Shown piece after piece: positions 7,443-15,890 of a DNA stretch of 55,462 nt. How positions within the stretch are numbered: position 1 is the first letter of the stretch; each line of letters starts with the position of its first letter. Where the stretch lies: NCBI GenBank assembly GCA_026397385.1, contig JAPLUY010000058.1:1-55462 (forward strand), written 5' to 3'. A program made the translations under genes and the position numbers. The stretch comes from Candidatus Aenigmatarchaeota archaeon (GTDB lineage Archaea > Aenigmatarchaeota > Aenigmatarchaeia > CG10238-14 > SCSR01). Under the pieces are notes generated by a model. The model did not search any database and was not told the origin of the DNA. It worked only from the letters and a program-made list of their open reading frames with translations.

Positions 7443-8042
7443 ATGAACAGAAGGATTAGGCATGGACAGAGAGGCAGGAATCCGGACGTACACGAAGCGC
7501 ACAATGTACACAACGTGCATAACGCGCATGATATCCGCGGCTCGCACGACCGGCAGGCGAAGAGCGTCAGTGGCGACGAGAGGCAGTTCGTGAAGACGCT
7601 GCACGAGAAGAGCGTCGGCGCTGTCATCTTCAGGCACGTGCGTCTCGGACGCAAGGAGACGGTCGTCTACCTGCTCCTGCACTACCACCTGCACAGCGAC
7701 TACTGGGAGTTCTCGCGCGGCGGCATGGAACCGGGGGAGAACGAGCGGCAGACCGCGGTGCGCGAGATCCGCGAGGAGACCGGGCTGAAGGAGGAGGACC
7801 TGCGTTTTGCAGACGGCTTCCGCACGGCGATACACTACTTCTACATGCTCGACGGGACGCGGCGCTCTAAGGACGCCGTATACTTCCTGGCCGAGTCGAA
7901 GACCGACGCCGTGAAGCTCTCGTCCGAGCACGCCGGTTTCACGTGGGCGGAGTACGACGACGCGGTGAAGAAGGTGACGTACGAGAACGCCAGGCGCGTG
8001 CTCAAGGAGACGCACGACTTCCTCGCTTCAAAAGGCTTTTAA
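7443..8042 (+). CDS. NUDIX hydrolase (199 aa, His-rich N-terminal extension)
   Basis: Nudix box GGMEPGENERQTAVREIREETGL. A TATA-like AAATATAAAAGG lies about 35-40 nt upstream of ATG 7443. An alternative GTG start near 7590 is possible. Confidence 0.85.
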   Translation: MNRRIRHGQRGRNPDVHEAHNVHNVHNAHDIRGSHDRQAKSVSGDERQFVKTLHEKSVGAVIFRHVRLGRKETVVYLLLHYHLHSDYWEFSRGGMEPGENERQTAVREIREETGLKEEDLRFADGFRTAIHYFYMLDGTRRSKDAVYFLAESKTDAVKLSSEHAGFTWAEYDDAVKKVTYENARRVLKETHDFLASKGF

Positions 8043-8065
8043 AACCTGAAGCGCAATTAAGATAC

Positions 8066-8213
8066 GGGCCCATAGCTCAGTTTGGTTAGAGCGCTGGTCT
8101 TATAAGGCCGCTGAGCGTGGGAAGAAACGCATCTGGCGTAAAAACCAGTGGTCACGCGCGTGCGCAGCAATGTGTTCGCGAGCCACAAATGGGTTCGAAT
8201 CCCATTGGGCCCA
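8066..8213 (+). tRNA. tRNA-Ile (anticodon UAU) with two introns
   Basis: Hand fold: acceptor GGGCCCA/TGGGCCC plus A73, D arm GCTC-AGTTTGGTTA-GAGC, anticodon stem CTGGT/ACCAG, loop C-U-UAU-A, T arm ATGGG-TTCGAAT-CCCAT. The gene is 148 nt long. It needs a ~38-nt insert after position 37 and a ~35-nt insert between the anticodon stem and the T stem. It is followed by TTTTTT. Confidence 0.75.
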
Positions 8214-9054
8214 TTTTTTCATTTTTTATGCCAAAACAGCCTATGCCATCCAGAATCCTGATTCTAGTCTCAACATCTGTGCGGATTGGACAAAATCCAA
8301 AATGCTTCCAAATCATGTATTTTGTAATGTGATTCGCGTTCGAGAAACCTATTTTCGACATCCATTTTTCAAGATTCTTTTTTCCATTCAAGTAAATTCC
8401 ATGAATGGTGCGATACTTTCCATACATATTGTCGAATTGCTCCATGTCTGGAACTTCTGTAACTTTGAAGCCGTGTTTTCTTAACATCAAAGAAACCTCT
8501 CTAACAAGCGTCTTATTTGCGAATCCTGCGGAAATGACAGGGTACGTATGCAACTTGGACTTCCTTTTTACCTTGAACGTTAGCGAAAAGTCTGTATCAG
8601 CCAGACCCCTCAGGAACGAATACTGCATTTCGTCAGAAGCCTCTTTTATCAGTTTTGGAATTCTGACTACATTCGTTTTCTTCCCCAAAGGTATGCCCAC
8701 GGTCTTGTTAAGGAAAGAGGCGACTGCTGAAGAAGAAAATGAAAGCCTGATTGAATTTTCTCCTTTAACGTATTTTAGAGTTAAACAAATCCCGTACAGC
8801 TTCTTTTTCAAGGGGATTACAACCTCTTCGTAATAAATTCTGTCTTCGGATGAATGACCATAATATTCTATCTGGTTTCTAGTTTGTCGTCTGTCATGGC
8901 CTCTATGGGCGCAACCATCGCCGACGTGTATACCGATGTCTTCTGACAATTCTCGAGAAAGATATCTAGGAACTGTTATTCCTCTGTTTTTATCCCAATA
9001 ATTGAAAACCACATGCGAATTATCGAGTCTTAATTTCATAAAAATGGTGAGCAA
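8152..9054 (-). CDS. LAGLIDADG-family endonuclease-like protein (free-standing; ~295-300 aa)
   Basis: AT-rich ORF with two LAGLIDADG-type motifs (DIGIHVGDGC and FLRGLADTDFS) and a C-terminal YLNGKKNLEKWMSKIGFSN segment typical of the family. An ATG at 9039 is the probable start. The last ~20 codons are antisense to the tRNA-Ile 3' half. Confidence 0.7.
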   Translation of the reverse strand: MLTIFMKLRLDNSHVVFNYWDKNRGITVPRYLSRELSEDIGIHVGDGCAHRGHDRRQTRNQIEYYGHSSEDRIYYEEVVIPLKKKLYGICLTLKYVKGENSIRLSFSSSAVASFLNKTVGIPLGKKTNVVRIPKLIKEASDEMQYSFLRGLADTDFSLTFKVKRKSKLHTYPVISAGFANKTLVREVSLMLRKHGFKVTEVPDMEQFDNMYGKYRTIHGIYLNGKKNLEKWMSKIGFSNANHITKYMIWKHFGFCPIRTDVETRIRILDGIGCFGIKNEKMGPMGFEPICGSRTHCCARA

Positions 9055-9191
9055 AAACTGAATAAGGCTATGTTGGAAAGGTCGGTTCCGATGAGTAAAT
9101 TTTACATCAAAAACGAAAACTTGAAAATGAAAGAATCGTTAAACAGTCTTGCAGAAGAAACTGCGCGCCCGCTCGAATCGGATGCGCGCCG

Positions 9192-9281
9192 TCAGCCTCT
9201 CGCTTCTCGTATGCGCTTCATTCTTCGCATCCGGCGCTTCTTCGTCTTCTTGCGCCGTTGGCGTTTCTCTCCGTGTGCCAT
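9192..9281 (-). CDS. very small basic protein, eL41-like (29 aa)
   Basis: Not in the ORF track. The minus strand encodes MAHGEKRQRRKKTKKRRMRRMKRIREARG*, with a KKR.RR.KR pattern like ribosomal protein L41e. A TATA-like CATTATATCTT (9301-9311) lies about 25 nt upstream of the ATG, consistent with a leaderless transcript. Confidence 0.4.
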   Translation of the reverse strand: MAHGEKRQRRKKTKKRRMRRMKRIREARG

Positions 9282-9300
9282 GGATAGATTTCGTTTCTTG

Positions 9301-9311
9301 AAGATATAATG
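9301..9311 (-). promoter_or_regulatory. TATA-like box for the eL41-like micro-ORF
   Basis: The minus strand reads CATTATATCTT, centred about 25 nt upstream of ATG 9281. Confidence 0.35.
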
Positions 9312-9363
9312 ATTGCTTACGCGCGGAGGAAATTTTCCAGACGCATTCGCGAAGGAAACGGAC

Positions 9364-9684
9364 TCAGTCCTTGAGCTGTATGCTCATGTGTATGCCCTGG
9401 GGCACGTTGACGCGCATGACCTGTCTCAGCGCCTTCTCGTCAGCCTGTATGTCGACTACGCGCTTGTGTATGCGCATCTCCCAGCGGTCCCACGTGGCGT
9501 TGCCGTGGCCCGTACCATCACCACAGGGCGTCTTCATGGTCGTTATCCTCAGCGTCTTCGTCGGCAGAGGAATCGGCCCGTGGTAGTCTACGCCGAAACG
9601 CTTCGCGATGTCCTTGATTTCGGTGCATATGCCGTCGAGTTGTTGCGGGTTCTTCCCCGACAATTTTATTCGCGCGACCTGCAT
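9364..9684 (-). CDS. rps10: 30S ribosomal protein S10 (uS10)
   Basis: [17 protein letters not shown]...GPIPLPTK...RWEMRIHKR is typical archaeal S10. ATG at 9684 (an upstream GTG at 9693 is also possible). A TTTAAATA box lies at about 9739-9746. Confidence 0.95.
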   Translation of the reverse strand: MQVARIKLSGKNPQQLDGICTEIKDIAKRFGVDYHGPIPLPTKTLRITTMKTPCGDGTGHGNATWDRWEMRIHKRVVDIQADEKALRQVMRVNVPQGIHMSIQLKD

Positions 9685-9712
9685 GTGTTTCACCGCTTAC
9701 GCGTTTCTATTT

Positions 9713-10270
9713 TCAATTAGTCTTTATTGAATTATCTGTATTTAAATGCTTTCTCCTCGAGCTTCTCCGGATTTCATCGAGAAAAATCTCCTCGCATAGT
9801 CCGTTGAGCTCGTTCTGGTACTTCAGCGGATCATGTTCCGTCTTGACCACGTTAAATGCTTCACCTTCGAGTGCTCCCATCGCGCCGAGCTCCGCGGCGA
9901 ATCCGCGGAATTCGCGCTCCTGCAGATCGAAAAGCCTGACGAAACGGTCTATCTTGGATTTTTCTATGCGCAGCTCCTTCGCTTTCGATGGTATGCGCGT
10001 GATATCATACGCGATCCACGAGCTCGTCGGGCCGTGCAGCGTCTCCTTGGTCAGCTGCAGGATTTTCCTGCGGCCTTCGTCAGGCTCGTCCATATCGTAT
10101 TCTATCGGAAGCGAATCCAGCACGCCGTCGGCCGCCAATCCGCGTTCGGGCAGGTATACGATGACACGCTCGGACGTTTCGAGGATATGCGCGCGACCTC
10201 CGACAGAGATTTCCGCAGGGACGTACATGTGTCCTTTCGCTATCCTGCTATAGTATACGGTCTCGTCCAT
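9713..10270 (-). CDS. hypothetical protein inserted between tuf and rps10 (~185 aa)
   Basis: GC3-rich ORF. ATG at 10270 lies about 28 nt downstream of a TTTTAAAT box (10294-10301), which suggests a leaderless start. The ORF track gives an upstream alternative start at 10291. No family recognised. Confidence 0.6.
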   Translation of the reverse strand: MDETVYYSRIAKGHMYVPAEISVGGRAHILETSERVIVYLPERGLAADGVLDSLPIEYDMDEPDEGRRKILQLTKETLHGPTSSWIAYDITRIPSKAKELRIEKSKIDRFVRLFDLQEREFRGFAAELGAMGALEGEAFNVVKTEHDPLKYQNELNGLCEEIFLDEIRRSSRRKHLNTDNSIKTN

Positions 10271-10326
10271 AGTCAGAACTGTGATGGTCACAGATTTAAA
10301 AGGACGGAGGTTCGGAAGAAGTTATT

Positions 10327-10372
10327 GCCGGCGGAAAAAAAGGACCGCCGCGAAATCAAAATGGAAAAAGTC
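10327..10372 (-). terminator. possible tuf terminator (oligo-T runs plus CGGCGG/CCGCCG hairpin)
   Basis: The minus strand after the EF-1alpha stop reads CTTTTTCC ATTTTGATTT CGCGGCGGTCCTTTTTTTCCGCCGGC. Confidence 0.35.
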
Positions 10373-10382
10373 GGAAGGCCTA

Positions 10383-11666
10383 CTACGCCTTCTCCGCCTT
10401 CACAACGTCGAGGCACACGCCCGCTGCGACGGTCGTACCCATGTCGCGGATCGCGAACTTGGCCAGCGCCGGGAAGTCGCCCTGCTTCTCTATGCAGAAC
10501 GGCTTCGTAGGCGTGACCCTCACGCGCGCCGCGTCGCCCGTCTTGATGAAGTCCGGGTGTTCCTGCGCGACCGCTCCCGTCTTCGGGTCGATCTTCGCGA
10601 TTATCTCGGTGATCGTGCACGCGACCGAGGCAGTGTGGCAGTGGAACACCGGTGTGTAGCCTGCGGTGATGACCGTCGGGTGCTGCAGCACGACTATCTG
10701 CGCAGTGAACTCCTTCGCGACCATCGGCGGGTTGTTCGGGTGGCCGACCACGTCTCCGCGGTGCGCGTCGTTCTTTCCTATGCCGCGCACGTTGAATCCG
10801 ACGTTGTCGCCCGGCACCGCCTCGGGTATCTGCTGGTGATGGACTTCGATGGACTTGACCTCGCCTAGCGCGCCGGACGGCATGAAGATGATCTTGTCGT
10901 TCATCTTCATCACGCCGGTCTCGACGCGTCCCACCGGCACCGTTCCGATGCCAGTGATGGTGAACACGTCCTGCACCGGCAGCCTCAGCGGCTTGTCCGT
11001 CGGCTTCTCCGGCTCCTTGGCGTACAGGTCCAGGGCCTCCATCATGGTCGGGCCCTTGTACCACGGCATCTTGCCCGTGGCCTTGACGACGTTCTCGCCC
11101 GTATATCCTGAAACGGGGATGAACGGGATGTCCTCTATCTTGTAGCCGATGCCCTTCAGGAGCGTCGTGACCTCGCCCTTCAGCTCGTTGAAGCGCTTCT
11201 CGTCATAGTTGTTCGTGTCCATCTTGTTGAGTATTACGATTATCTGTGGCACTCCCAGTACTCTCAGCAGCCATGCGTGCTCCTTCGTCTGCTCCTGGAT
11301 TCCCTCGCCCTGCTTCGTCGAGACGACGAGCAGCGCAAGGTCGGCCTGCGATGCGCCTGTGATCATGTTCTTGACGAAGTCCCTGTGGCCCGGAGCGTCT
11401 ATCACGGTGAAGAACCACTTCTTCGTCTCCAACGGGCGGTGCATCAGGTCTATCGTGACACCGCGCCTACGTTCCTCCGCCGTGGTGTCGAGCGCGTACG
11501 CGAACTCGAAGGTCTCCTTCTTCATTTCGGTCGCGACTTCCTTGAGCTTGCGCATCTCTTCCTCGCGTATAACTCCCGAATCGTACAACAGCCTACCGAG
11601 TGTAGTGGACTTACCAGCGTCTACGTGGCCGGCCGTCATCATGTTTATGTGTGGCTTCGACGACAT
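10383..11666 (-). CDS. tuf: translation elongation factor EF-1alpha (aEF1A)
   Basis: [10 protein letters not shown]-loop, DAPGHRDF and NKMD motifs, 427 aa. It sits in the conserved position after EF-2. Confidence 0.97.
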   Translation of the reverse strand: MSSKPHINMMTAGHVDAGKSTTLGRLLYDSGVIREEEMRKLKEVATEMKKETFEFAYALDTTAEERRRGVTIDLMHRPLETKKWFFTVIDAPGHRDFVKNMITGASQADLALLVVSTKQGEGIQEQTKEHAWLLRVLGVPQIIVILNKMDTNNYDEKRFNELKGEVTTLLKGIGYKIEDIPFIPVSGYTGENVVKATGKMPWYKGPTMMEALDLYAKEPEKPTDKPLRLPVQDVFTITGIGTVPVGRVETGVMKMNDKIIFMPSGALGEVKSIEVHHQQIPEAVPGDNVGFNVRGIGKNDAHRGDVVGHPNNPPMVAKEFTAQIVVLQHPTVITAGYTPVFHCHTASVACTITEIIAKIDPKTGAVAQEHPDFIKTGDAARVRVTPTKPFCIEKQGDFPALAKFAIRDMGTTVAAGVCLDVVKAEKA

Positions 11667-11763
11667 CTTACGTACACCTCCAAATCATTGCAATCTTCAA
11701 ACCCGTTCGGTTTTTCTACCTATACTAATTAATGAAAACATTTAAATATATTCCGGTCGCGGC

Positions 11764-13974
11764 CTACGCCTCCTCTTCCTCGGCCGTGACCAGCTCGGCC
11801 AGGCCCTTGCGCTTGCGCACGACGTCTATGGTCTTCTCGCGCAGGTCGTTCGGCAGCTTCTCGAAGACTATCGCTATCATGCTGTAGAACCCGCGGCCGC
11901 TCGTTATGCTCTTCAGCGTCGCGTCGAACCCGAACATGTCGGCTATCGGGAGCTTCGACGTGATTATGGCCGCGCCGCGCTCTATAACGATGTCCTGCAC
12001 CTGGCCGCGGCGGTTCTCAACCTCGCGCGTGACGCCGCCTATCAGCTCCTCGGGTATGTCGATGCGTATGTTTTGCTTCGGCTCAAGGAGCGTTAAGTCC
12101 GACTTCATGAGCGCCTTCTTCAGCGTCGTACGGAACGCCGGGATTATCTGGCCGGGGCCGCGGTGGACCGGGTCTTCGTGCAGCTCGGCGTCCGTCAGCA
12201 CTATCTTCACGCCGGTAACGGGCTCCTTGCAGAGCGGGCCCTCGTCCATCATGCTCACGAACGCTTCCTTCACGAGCTCCATGACCTCGTTCATGTACTG
12301 GACGCCCTTGGTATCGTCGAAAATCATGCATTTGTTGTGTATCATTACAAGGTTCTTGGCCTCGTCGCTCTTCATCCCCAGCTTGACGAGGTTCTCCGTC
12401 ACGTCGCTCTTTTTCTTCTTCTGTTCGAACTCGGACGGTATGATGCCTTCGTTCATCGCATTCGTTATCTCCGAGCTCACAGGCGATGCTATGACCGTGA
12501 ACTTGTTGTGCTTGTTCGGCGAGCGTCCCTCGGTCTCGGGCGATTCTTTGAAGATTGCCTCGCGGTAGACGACGATGGGCTTGGACATCTCGACGTCCAG
12601 CCCTATCTCCTTCAGCTTGCGCTCGACCTTCGACTCGATGTGCAGCTCGCCCAGTCCGCTGATCAGGTACTCGCCCGTCTCCTGGTTGATCTTGATCTTC
12701 AGCGTGTTGTCCTCGCGGCTAAGCTGCTTCAGCGTGTTGATGAGCTTCGGCAGGTCCATCGCGTTCTTCGGCTCCACCGACTTGGTGACGACGGGCTCGA
12801 ACAAGTGCTTGATCTCCTCGAACGGCTCTATCTCCGTGCCGGCTTCGCACACGGTCTCGCCCGTATAAGCATCGGATATGCCGACGACAGCCGCGATGTT
12901 GCCAGCGACGACCTCTTCCGCCGGGATGCGTTGTATCCCCTTGTAAACGGCGACCTGTTGTATCTTCTCGTCCTTCTTCAGCCCGATCAGGTGCACGTCC
13001 TTGCCCTTCGAGATGCGGCCCGAGAATATTCGGCCCGCGGCTACGAAGCCCACGTGCGGGTCGGGCACCATCTTCGTTATGATCATCGCCAGCTTGCCGT
13101 CCGGGTTGCACGAGAGCATGTCCTTGCCGAGCTCGCTGTTCAGGTCGCCCTTCCATATCTTCGGCACGCGGTAGGCCTGCGCCACCTTCGGATTCGGCAG
13201 GTGCTGTATCATCATGTCCAGCACGACCTTGTGCATCGGCGCGATGCGGGCGAGCTCGTCGTCCTTGTCCTGGTTGACGAGGTCGATGATCTGCTTGAAC
13301 GTTATGCCGGTCTTCTTCATGTACGGTATGGATATGGCCCACTTCCGTGTGGCCGAGCCGAAGGCGACTGTGCCGTCGTTGACGTTGACCATCCACTGGT
13401 TCTTGAATTCGTCGTCCGCGTACTTGTGGATGAGCATGTTGACCTCTTCTATCCACTTCATGAAGCGCTCCTGCATCATCTCCGGCGACAGCTTCAGCTC
13501 GCGTATCAGACGGTCGACCTTGTTTATGAAAAGTACGGGCTTGACGCGCTCGCGCAGCGCTTGCCTGAAAACGGTCTCGGTCTGCGGCATCAGCCCCTCG
13601 ACCGCGCACACGAGGACTATGGTGCCGTCGACGGCGCGCATCGCGCGCGTGACGTCACCGCCGAAGTCGACGTGACCGGGCGTGTCGACGAGGTTGATGA
13701 GGAAGTCGCGGCCCTCGTATTCGTGTATCATGCTCACGTTCGCGCCGTAGATGGTCAGCTGGCGCGAACGTTCCTGCTCGTCGAACCAAGTGAACATGCC
13801 CGTCTCGACGTCACCGACGACCTTGTCCGACAGCATGCCGGCCCCGCCCATCAAGTTGTCAGTGAGCGTGGTCTTGCCGTGGTGCACGTGCGAGCTGGTG
13901 GCCACGTTGCGTATGCGCGTCGGGTCCGTCATGACCTCTTTGACGCGATCCATCGTGTCCTTGGTAGTCGCCAT
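11764..13974 (-). CDS. fusA: translation elongation factor EF-2 (aEF2)
   Basis: HVHHGKTTL, DTPGHVDF and NKVDR GTPase motifs, plus the diphthamide-site region HEDPVHRGPGQ. ATG at 13974 (the ORF-track start at 13986 is a TTG). Confidence 0.97.
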   Translation of the reverse strand: MATTKDTMDRVKEVMTDPTRIRNVATSSHVHHGKTTLTDNLMGGAGMLSDKVVGDVETGMFTWFDEQERSRQLTIYGANVSMIHEYEGRDFLINLVDTPGHVDFGGDVTRAMRAVDGTIVLVCAVEGLMPQTETVFRQALRERVKPVLFINKVDRLIRELKLSPEMMQERFMKWIEEVNMLIHKYADDEFKNQWMVNVNDGTVAFGSATRKWAISIPYMKKTGITFKQIIDLVNQDKDDELARIAPMHKVVLDMMIQHLPNPKVAQAYRVPKIWKGDLNSELGKDMLSCNPDGKLAMIITKMVPDPHVGFVAAGRIFSGRISKGKDVHLIGLKKDEKIQQVAVYKGIQRIPAEEVVAGNIAAVVGISDAYTGETVCEAGTEIEPFEEIKHLFEPVVTKSVEPKNAMDLPKLINTLKQLSREDNTLKIKINQETGEYLISGLGELHIESKVERKLKEIGLDVEMSKPIVVYREAIFKESPETEGRSPNKHNKFTVIASPVSSEITNAMNEGIIPSEFEQKKKKSDVTENLVKLGMKSDEAKNLVMIHNKCMIFDDTKGVQYMNEVMELVKEAFVSMMDEGPLCKEPVTGVKIVLTDAELHEDPVHRGPGQIIPAFRTTLKKALMKSDLTLLEPKQNIRIDIPEELIGGVTREVENRRGQVQDIVIERGAAIITSKLPIADMFGFDATLKSITSGRGFYSMIAIVFEKLPNDLREKTIDVVRKRKGLAELVTAEEEEA

Positions 13975-14010
13975 AAGAGTCACCAAAAAAAGTCAGCCAT
14001 ACGCCACAGC

Positions 14011-14613
14011 CTATCTCGCGCCCTCGGCCTCGCGCTCTATGCGCTCGCGCTCCTTCACGGCCTCGGACTTGGAAGCGTCGTTCTCCGACGCCGCCACGAG
14101 CTCGTTCGCCATGACGTCGGCTATCTTCACGCCCTTGCCGAAGCTCTTCCTGTACGCCGCCTGCGTGATGGTGCGCAGCGCCAGATCCATCCTGCGCTGC
14201 GGGCTCGTGACGACCGCGCGGCGGACGATTATCCCGCCGACCTGGTACGCCGCGATCTCCTCGCGTAGCGCCGCGTTCTCGATAGCGCGCACGAGCACCT
14301 CGACCGGGTTCTTCTTCGTGCGCTGCTCGATGATTGCAAAAGCAACCTCCAAGGTCTTGTACTCCTTGGTGTACTTGCCGCTCGTGACGTCCGAGCAGAT
14401 GACGTGCTTGCGGCTGCGGTGGCCGGGGACCATCATCTTCGTGATGAGCCGCTCGACTATGCTCATCTTCGCCTTGCCGTGCTGCGAGCTGGAGAACCTG
14501 CCGCTGCTGCGCGGTACTATCACAGGCTTCAACCCGATGTAGCGCTCAAGGCCCTTGTCGTTGACCTTCACCTCGGCCGTCGACCACTTGTCGAAAAGTT
14601 TCATCTCCATCAT
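14011..14613 (-). CDS. rps7: 30S ribosomal protein S7 (uS7)
   Basis: 200 aa with the typical archaeal S7 sequence and a position between S12 and EF-2. Confidence 0.95.
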   Translation of the reverse strand: MMEMKLFDKWSTAEVKVNDKGLERYIGLKPVIVPRSSGRFSSSQHGKAKMSIVERLITKMMVPGHRSRKHVICSDVTSGKYTKEYKTLEVAFAIIEQRTKKNPVEVLVRAIENAALREEIAAYQVGGIIVRRAVVTSPQRRMDLALRTITQAAYRKSFGKGVKIADVMANELVAASENDASKSEAVKERERIEREAEGAR

Positions 14614-14620
14614 GCATCGC

Positions 14621-15046
14621 CTATCTCGTCGGCTTCTGCTTCCTGCCCGCGACTATCTCCTCGAGCGAAATGCCGTTCACCTTCGATACCTTGTACTTCA
14701 CGCCGACCATCGACCCCTTCGGTCCGCCCTGGCCGCCTCCGATCTTCTCGACGATGACCTCGTCGTGCTCGTTGATCTTCTCGATCGCGTGGTTGCCCGG
14801 CACGTGCGCCGTGACCTGGATGTTGTTCTTTATCAGCTGCACGCGCACGCACTTGACGAGGCCGGATGCGGGCTTCTTCTGTTCCATGACACGCTTGTCG
14901 AGCACTATGCCGCGCACCTGCGGGGAGCCCTCGAACGGGTCCTTCTTCCACAGCCGCAGCTGGCGCCTCTTGTACTCGTTGCTCTTCCACCGGAACTTCT
15001 GCCGGGTCTTCTGCAGCTTCCTTCCCGAATACTCCCCAGGTGCCAT
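14621..15046 (-). CDS. rps12: 30S ribosomal protein S12 (uS12)
   Basis: 141 aa. KKPASGLVKCVRVQL is typical of S12, and the operon position is conserved. Confidence 0.95.
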   Translation of the reverse strand: MAPGEYSGRKLQKTRQKFRWKSNEYKRRQLRLWKKDPFEGSPQVRGIVLDKRVMEQKKPASGLVKCVRVQLIKNNIQVTAHVPGNHAIEKINEHDEVIVEKIGGGQGGPKGSMVGVKYKVSKVNGISLEEIVAGRKQKPTR

Positions 15047-15091
15047 ATGATCGCCATGTCTTGCGTCGTTTGTGTTATTTCCTTGCGCGTA

Positions 15092-15517
15092 CTACCTTAT
15101 AATAAGGTCGTCCGCCTTGTGATTTCTCTTAAGCAATTCTTTGTACAGCTTTAAATTCCTTCCATCGCGTCCGATGACCAGCGGACGGTTCTTCTTGTCG
15201 ACGTGCACCTCGACCACGATCCGGCCGTCGTCCTCGCTGCGGACGCGCACGGAGTTCGTCTGCGGTATCATCTTCTTCACGAACTCGACTAGGTTGTTCG
15301 AGAACTCGAACATCTTTATCTGGCGGCCGACGACCTGCTCGGCGCGCTTGACGCTCGCGCCGTTCTTGCCTATGGCGAGGCCGATCATGCCCTCCTCGAT
15401 GACGAGGCAGACGGAGTTGCTCTCTGGGTCCAGCACGCAGTCCTTGACGTGGACGTGCATCATGTTCTCGAAGAGCGTCATCATGCGGATTGTGTCCGTG
15501 TCGAAGTTCAGCTTCAT
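15092..15517 (-). CDS. nusA: archaeal NusA-like termination factor (two KH domains)
   Basis: 141 aa with GLAIGKNGASVKR and VIGRDGRNLK GxxG KH motifs. It holds the conserved position between L30e and S12. Confidence 0.9.
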   Translation of the reverse strand: MKLNFDTDTIRMMTLFENMMHVHVKDCVLDPESNSVCLVIEEGMIGLAIGKNGASVKRAEQVVGRQIKMFEFSNNLVEFVKKMIPQTNSVRVRSEDDGRIVVEVHVDKKNRPLVIGRDGRNLKLYKELLKRNHKADDLIIR

Positions 15518-15532
15518 AAGGATTTCAACTGT

Positions 15533-15808
15533 TCATCTCTTTATGGCAAGCACCATCACAGGGAAGGGCTTCCCGCATATCAGCCCGAGCTCCTTGCTGT
15601 CGCCTTCGAACGTCTCCATCCTGACGCCCGACAGCTTCGCGTCGTGCGAGAGTTCCGAAAGCCTGGCTTCGGGCGCGTTGTTCGCGACCACGGCCATCCT
15701 CGGGGAGCCGTTCCTTATCAGCTCGAGAGCCTCCTTGTAGCCGAGCACCGCTGCGCCGGCCTTAACGGCGGCGTGCACCTCGGTCTTCAGCTCCTCCTTC
15801 GTTGCCAT
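15533..15808 (-). CDS. rpl30e: 50S ribosomal protein L30e (eL30)
   Basis: 91 aa with an L7Ae/L30e-fold sequence (KLSGVRMETFEGDSKELGLICGKPF), in the conserved operon position. Confidence 0.9.
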   Translation of the reverse strand: MATKEELKTEVHAAVKAGAAVLGYKEALELIRNGSPRMAVVANNAPEARLSELSHDAKLSGVRMETFEGDSKELGLICGKPFPVMVLAIKR

Positions 15809-15890
15809 GTAATCACTGTCATTGTCGTGTGCTGAACTTGTTCTTTATACGCAGCCAAGCTTTTTGAACGTTGCGGCCGCCCGCCCGCGG

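Noticed and set aside
6290-8015. Long ORFs 6290..7306 (+) and 7314..8015 (-)
   Set aside because: They are antisense to the COG1395 regulator and the NUDIX gene respectively. They are low-complexity and Arg-rich, and the sense-strand genes have clear family motifs.
8117-8332. 71-aa ORF overlapping tRNA-Ile, and 36176..36379 (MRPLGFEPRS...) overlapping the two tRNA-Arg genes
   Set aside because: These are translations through tRNA sequence; GFEP comes from the T arm. The tRNA folds explain the DNA.
9070-9309. 79-aa ORF on the plus strand
   Set aside because: It is antisense to the much more plausible eL41-like micro-ORF, which has its own TATA box. Its composition is Arg/Phe-rich.
12163-14268. 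701-aa ORF on the plus strand
   Set aside because: It lies entirely antisense to EF-2. Its composition is Arg/His/Leu/Val-rich and low-complexity, typical of the mirror frame of a GC3-rich gene, with no recognisable domain.
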